From: Epithemia pelagica
Taxonomy: Eukaryota > Protista > Bacillariophyta
Direction: 5' to 3'
Assembly (NCBI GenBank): GCA_946965045.2
Contig: OX337232.1
Location: 2,666,001-2,730,000 of the forward strand
DNA: 64,000 bases
The translations under genes were made by a program, and so were the position numbers. Below are positions 58,633 to 64,000 of the stretch, piece after piece. The number at the start of each line of letters is the position of its first letter. The stretch's first letter is position 1. The notes under the pieces are model-generated. The model ran no database searches. It saw nothing but the letters and a program-made list of their open reading frames with translations, and had not been told where the DNA came from.

Positions 58633-59724
58633 TCATTCATCATCACTGTCTTCTGGCAACAATGAGCAGGCAGGCATCAGCTTCGTCCCTGCAAAAGACG
58701 AGAAATTTATAGCTCCTTTGAGCGAGAGTAAGAAGGGATCAGGGAGGCAGGACTCTTCAAAGTGAAAAGTTCCCTTCGCAACTCGTATGGTACGGAAATC
58801 GATGTCAGGTTTTAACACCGGGATGGATATTGTAGGACTCAAAGACTGACGAAGATGTTGAACAAGGCGCTTCCACGCCAACACTGAGCGGTCAGTCGTA
58901 TTTTCAGCGGTAAAGTTGAATTCTTCCAGCACGTCGTTGTCCGTATCTAGAAGAGATTCTGCAATGTCCTTCACGAACACAGCCAATGTTGTAATGGCAG
59001 TTCGAATGTCCGTTTCAGAGCAGGTCTCCCGGGCGTTACGAAGCACTTCCGAAGCTGCTGCATTGCCCGAATCACCGCACGGAAGCACAAGTGCGCTGTA
59101 GGGAGTGACGCCATCCCATCCTTTTATTTGCTCCAAGGGCAAGAGCGGTAAAATGATCAGCGACGGGGGTGTTGAATCAAAGTAGCAATCCTGCAATTTC
59201 AGATACATCTTGTTGTATTTACTGTGCTTGATTCCTGAATCATTCAGTCGTCGACTTGGTCCCTTCATTCCGTTCAAAAGCTTTCGACGTTTGTTGAAAT
59301 CTGCCTCGAAGAGTCCGGTGATGGCTTGAACAATTTGTACGTAGGCAACATGGCAGAGTTTCGCATTTGACAAAAGGTGTGCCTTCTCTGTCTGGATGTT
59401 GTACAAAAAATCGACACGGGTAGTCTGCTGTGCTGTATTGGTTTTATCCGACTTGTCCGTACTAGCCTCGGGTAGTTGATTCAATTTGGCCGTGCTGGCC
59501 GTATTCGGATAAATTCGCTGCCCTTCCTCTAAGCTTCGACGAGTATTAAGAAACGAGGATGCCGTTAGAGGGGTTGATTGCTGGACATTAATTACCTGTT
59601 CGAAACCGGCAAAAAACACGCCCTCATCCCGGTCATTTCTCTCGTCTGTGGACAAGGTCTGCATGAAAAGCCTGTTGGCTCGAAGGACCGCGTCTCTATG
59701 CGCAAATACCGACATTACAGCCAA
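58633..59724 (-). CDS. Hypothetical 363-aa protein, possibly HNH-endonuclease-like
   Basis: Intact ORF. EKAHLL...CH and KYNKMYLKLQDCYFDS...LIILP loosely resemble eukaryotic HNH_2 motifs (AHIIP; NxxxLxxxxHxxFD). Weak. Confidence 0.5.
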   Translation of the reverse strand: MAVMSVFAHRDAVLRANRLFMQTLSTDERNDRDEGVFFAGFEQVINVQQSTPLTASSFLNTRRSLEEGQRIYPNTASTAKLNQLPEASTDKSDKTNTAQQTTRVDFLYNIQTEKAHLLSNAKLCHVAYVQIVQAITGLFEADFNKRRKLLNGMKGPSRRLNDSGIKHSKYNKMYLKLQDCYFDSTPPSLIILPLLPLEQIKGWDGVTPYSALVLPCGDSGNAAASEVLRNARETCSETDIRTAITTLAVFVKDIAESLLDTDNDVLEEFNFTAENTTDRSVLAWKRLVQHLRQSLSPTISIPVLKPDIDFRTIRVAKGTFHFEESCLPDPFLLSLKGAINFSSFAGTKLMPACSLLPEDSDDE

Positions 59725-60166
59725 GTTACTCGAGATGGACAGTTCGTAGTCGCAAAGTGCAAACGATACGAGGAGGATTGTTGATGATGACCAACGAAGA
59801 TGATGATAATGATGATGGGCGAAAACCGAAAACGATCACCGAACAAAAACAACGCAACGACAGTGCCTTCTGCCATACCCATGTAAAATAGCACGGTATA
59901 AAAATTGTTATTTTAGTATAGTCTTTAAAGTAAATTTTAGGCCGTGAGACAACCGTGTAATGAAAATAGTAACACAACAACAACACACCCATCGACACAC
60001 CCATCGACACACAAGAATCAATCGCCATTGAGTGGCAGTATTTTGGCATGTAATTGGAGGCCCCACCTAGGTCAAGACCAATGCCATGAATCGCATCGGG
60101 ATCTTCCAATGATGGCCAGCAACAAACGTATGTCCTTCAAGTAGGCAAACAGCAATCAAACAAAAG

Positions 60167-62664
60167 TTGGAGAACACAAGAAGTATCATGAATGCTGCAA
60201 CTGGAGTCTTTCTCCATGATCCAAAACAGGCCAAGGAAGGATCATGTGGAACAAGACAGAATGTTGCTACGACAGTGGACGCAACTGACCTACAGGGAAG
60301 AAAACCCAGGAAGAAAGGGGACATTGTATTCACCAAGCTCTCTAAGGAAGATAATGAGGAGATGGAAGCAGCCATCAAGGAAACCATCTACAAGTATGGG
60401 ATGCAACCAGCAAGAATGCCAGGAGAAAATATGGTGACGGACCAACTTCGTGGGAGTCATGACGGCACAGACAAGTCTCTCCCTCAATACAACAAGTACT
60501 GGGGGGAATTGGGTCGCTTTGCCTTCCTTATTGGAGACTATATCACAGCTACAATATGTCATGATGATCTGAGGCCTGCAGACCCCCTCCCAGCCAACCC
60601 TAATACAATCGGCCTATTTTACCACTACAAGTCCTTCACTCGTCTCAACAGGGTGAAAGACCTCAGTAATCATCATGTCCAATACACCAATGGGCCTCAC
60701 AAGGGGCAGTTTATTGTTGGTAGCTGTTCCATGGTTGCAAATGGTGACAGGAAGAAAGGGGGTTGGTCGGACCCATCAAACATCCGAAAATGCCGCGTTG
60801 CATTGCGTACATTGCACCGTGCTTTTTGTGCGGGCGAGTTCCCTAACGCGTACTATGCTGCATGTTCCAAGTGCATCAAACGCAATGAAGCTCTCGCGGG
60901 GAAAATAAACTGGCGAAACACGGAACAGCGACGTTTTGAATGCTGTGACACGTGTACCTTCCATAAGGTAAAAGCTCGTGGGGATCCTACTTACGAACTA
61001 AAGTGTGCTGCCCGATTTCAGCGGGTACACAATATGTTGAAAGACAAGCACCGAGCACGTGGGGCACTTCATATGACTACTCACCAAGTACGCGTCATAC
61101 GGGAGCATATCATGTCATGCGGCAGTGATTTAAAGTACCTACAGCTGTGGACAATGATACTTATGGGAATTCAGCTTTTCCTGCGCGCTGAGGAGGTGAC
61201 TTCTATATGCTTGGAACAGTTTCGAATGGAGTCCTGGAAAGTCTATGAAAAGGAGGCTCGTGTCGACCAAATTGTACTATGGGTGAAGGGGAAATGTGAT
61301 GTTGAAGAACAATCCCTGGCTATTTATCGTGATGATGAAAACCCAGAGTTTTGTCTTGTACGAACACTCCTTGTTTATATTGCTGCGGCAAAACTGAAAG
61401 GTCCCTTTCTTTTCCCTGCATCTGCTGAACCAATGGATGGACATGTGCAATACGACAAACTGTTATCTGAAATTAAGGTAAGACATGTGTGAAGAAAAGG
61501 GCCTAACAATTAATTCATTGTCTCACGCCACTGGGAATTACACTTCTTTATTCGCAGAAAATTCTAGTTAAGCAATTCTCGGGAGAGCATGATGCGTTTG
61601 ATGAGAAGCAGTGTACTATTGGCACGCACACTCTCCGGAAGACTGGGTACATGTTCGCGGTATTTGGTATCTTGTATAGATATGAGAGTACTGGCCGAAG
61701 AAGGACAGACATGTCGCAGCCACTACTACAAATACAGCCCCTGGAAGATGATGCTTTAAGTAAATCTGCAAGGCACAAGACCATACAGCAGGCGACACAC
61801 TACTATCAAAACTGTCTTTCTAAATGGGAGGACTGTGGTTTTCACGTGACTGACATGTGGCCCCTCTATAAATGTTCCCCGTGGAAGTCCATCTTTTATG
61901 CAAGTGGGAAATATGCCCGGAAGAATCCAAATGCCAGCACACGGACAAACAAGACTGTAACGGAACTCGCGGATTGGTACGTCAAAGTTGGGCTTGGTTT
62001 CTCAGCGGACTATACATGGAAAGAAGCATACAAACGTGCACTACATCGGTCTCCGACCGCTACCCCATTGGAGCTCCTGCGTGCATTACACAAAAGCCTG
62101 ATACCTCCAGAAAAACAAAAAGAGGCAGAGATTTTGTTGTCTGATTGCCTTCGGGATGCTCTAGTTGCTGGATCCCAGCAATGCAATGGATACAACACAA
62201 CAAGACAGCAGGATGAAAGCCACCAGCAGGTAAGTATTGCTGAAACAGCAACAGTGGCTGAGATGAACATTGTGACCCCAGAACAAAACAACAAGAGGAA
62301 GAGAACTGATGGAGAGGACGAGGAGGCAAGGAAGCAACAACGGAATTGGATGAGGGAGAAGAGGAGAGCTGGGCCAGAACAAGAACAAGAATCATTGTCA
62401 AATGCCAGACAGGAAGTGGCTGATGCAACAGGTGACAACAAAGAAGTGATACTGAAGTTGAAAGAGGTGGTTGCTCGGTACAGAGGTCGGAACACAGGAT
62501 TTGTCCCACGAGATTTTCAATGGCTACGACGCTTAAGGACAAGTTTGGGGAACGTGGAAAAATGCATTGCCAACTGTCATGGTGGAGATGAAGAAGCCTT
62601 TCTGAGAGCATTGCCTAAAGTCAACAAATTGTCCTACAGGTGCTTCTGTGCTACAAGAAAATAA
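60167..62664 (+). CDS. Crypton-type tyrosine recombinase, about 805 aa; intron 61478-61557
   Basis: Catalytic set in order: FLRAEE (R), VKGK (K), GTHTLRKTGY (HxxR), SARHKT (H), ATHYY (Y). The 80-bp GTAAG...CTAAC...CAG phase-0 intron joins the ORFs in frame and supplies the HxxR motif. Confidence 0.85.
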
Positions 62665-63350
62665 AATGATCCAACAATGCAAAGGCTGGAAGCCTTCGAC
62701 TGCCAATAGTCAAAAGGAATGGGCCCCCTTTGAAATGTGGCAGTCAAGGTGGGTGGTGGTGGGCCAGCTTCTTAATATTATACATAGTGAGTGAGTAGTA
62801 TCCTTTCATCTTGCCACCATTGTGGTTTTCCTCTTAGAGAGGCAACTCGTCTCAAAACTTGTATTCGTGACTCGTCCATTGGAGTCCTGACCATTGATAG
62901 CAGCGAATCAATGGCCGCGAGCATCAGGAGCCATCCAATGTTGTACAAAATGACCTTATAGTAAATCTTCTTTATGCGGTGTCAAGCAAGTGGGGGGGAA
63001 TGAAAATACAAACCACGTGTTTTTCATCGTTTTGGTCGCCTTTACAGTGACAAAATTTTGACACACCCTTCGAGGGCGAAATCAATACTTGTGATCTCTA
63101 GGAATTACGAGGAATTAGGGGGAATGAGGAATCCACAGTGCCACGTGCGACGAGAAATGACTGGAGGAGGAACAGCCAGATGGCGGAAGATTCATGTCTC
63201 AGTGTCAAGAACGCGAACCGTGAATGGAACGTGGCGACACGAATGGCGGGATCCATATAGGGGTACCGCACCCTACCTCTCCCTGGTCGGACCTAGGGAG
63301 TTCGAGCGGGTCAAGAATGGGAAAGCTTGGAGACCAGCATTAAAACCCAT

Positions 63351-64000
63351 TTATTCACGAAATGGAACAAGGCGACGAATGTTAATTCGTTCAGTGACGT
63401 GGGGACCACGTTGGATAGTCACAGTGCCATTGGAATGGACTTGTGTAATCCGAAAGGGATTGGGGCTTGTGCGGAGCTCAAGCTTGTCCGGATTCGTGGC
63501 GCGAAGGAGCACACGATCATTGACAGCGTAGTCATGAAAGACACGAGAACGATTTGCGAGACGAGCGCGTTCATCGACAATCTGTTGTCGTTTCAGACGG
63601 ACTGTTTCCATGTCCGCAATAATAGGTATGTCGAACAGCATGTCGCGATGGAACGCAAGGCTGCCGCCGGGAGAATATTTCAAGGCGCCGTGAATGGCAG
63701 TGCGAGTGAAATACGCAGCGGTCTGCAGAGCAGTATCCACGGCAAGTGCAGCATTGTGCGCATCTTGTGGTGGTTCATAGTTGGTGATCACACGAAGAGT
63801 GTTGCCAACAGTCAAATGTAATCGCTCGCAAAGAGCATTTGATTGAGGATTCTTGGCCGTCAACGGCACTGGCTTAATGCCATGGTTTCGAAGCACTTGC
63901 GTGAACGCATGTCCGATAAATTCACCGCCTTGATCAAAAAGGCAACGAACGGGACGTGGATAGCGTGAGAGCCACGCGTTTTCCAATTGAAGACCCACGT
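63351..64000 (-). mobile_element. pol: Ty3/gypsy retrotransposon, 3' end of pol (integrase C-terminus), continues beyond the window
   Basis: RYPRP...FDQGGEF...NPQSNALCERLH integrase core plus the C-terminal HSNGTVTIQRG...ERINIRRLVPF. A possible LTR starts TGTCA at 63063 on the minus strand (tentative). Confidence 0.88.

Noticed and set aside
62665-63063. Complete gypsy 3' LTR
   Set aside because: Only a tentative TGTCA start after a weak purine tract; the partner LTR is outside the window, so the end cannot be fixed.
1-64000. rRNA or tRNA genes; antisense ORFs inside pol genes and host CDSs
   Set aside because: No rRNA or tRNA signatures were recognised by eye; the antisense and alternate-frame ORFs are shadows of the real coding frames.

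Overview
Eukaryotic nuclear DNA, most likely from a diatom or related stramenopile. This rests on CoDi-like Ty1/copia elements, HA-domain genes, a bipartite plastid-targeting motif and short GT-AG introns with CTAAC branch points; the taxon is an inference. About two thirds of the window is mobile DNA. It holds four Ty1/copia LTR retrotransposons, one nested in another with a TATCC target-site duplication (TSD) and one complete with identical LTRs and a GACGT TSD. There are also three different MITEs inserted into other repeats, a 5.07-kb PIF/Harbinger-type DNA transposon with four ORFs, an intact intron-containing Crypton-type tyrosine recombinase gene, and the 3' end of a Ty3/gypsy element. 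A host-gene island at about 28.9-48 kb encodes a ribokinase-ITPase fusion, a PhyH dioxygenase, DUF3783-like and DUF4386-like proteins, an NmrA-like oxidoreductase, NHP2, a 2OG-Fe(II) oxygenase, a GluTR-like protein and two duplicated HA-domain genes. A decayed fragment of about 1.15 kb (HlyD adaptor plus IS630) that looks cyanobacterial lies at 57.3-58.4 kb. The most promising leads are the four-gene Harbinger element, accessory ORFs upstream of gag in two copia lineages, a candidate gag-pol stop-codon readthrough (TGA-CAG-TTG), the cyanobacterial-like insert and the Crypton/HNH locus. Family assignments come from motif recognition by eye, not database searches. No rRNA, tRNA or CRISPR array was recognised.
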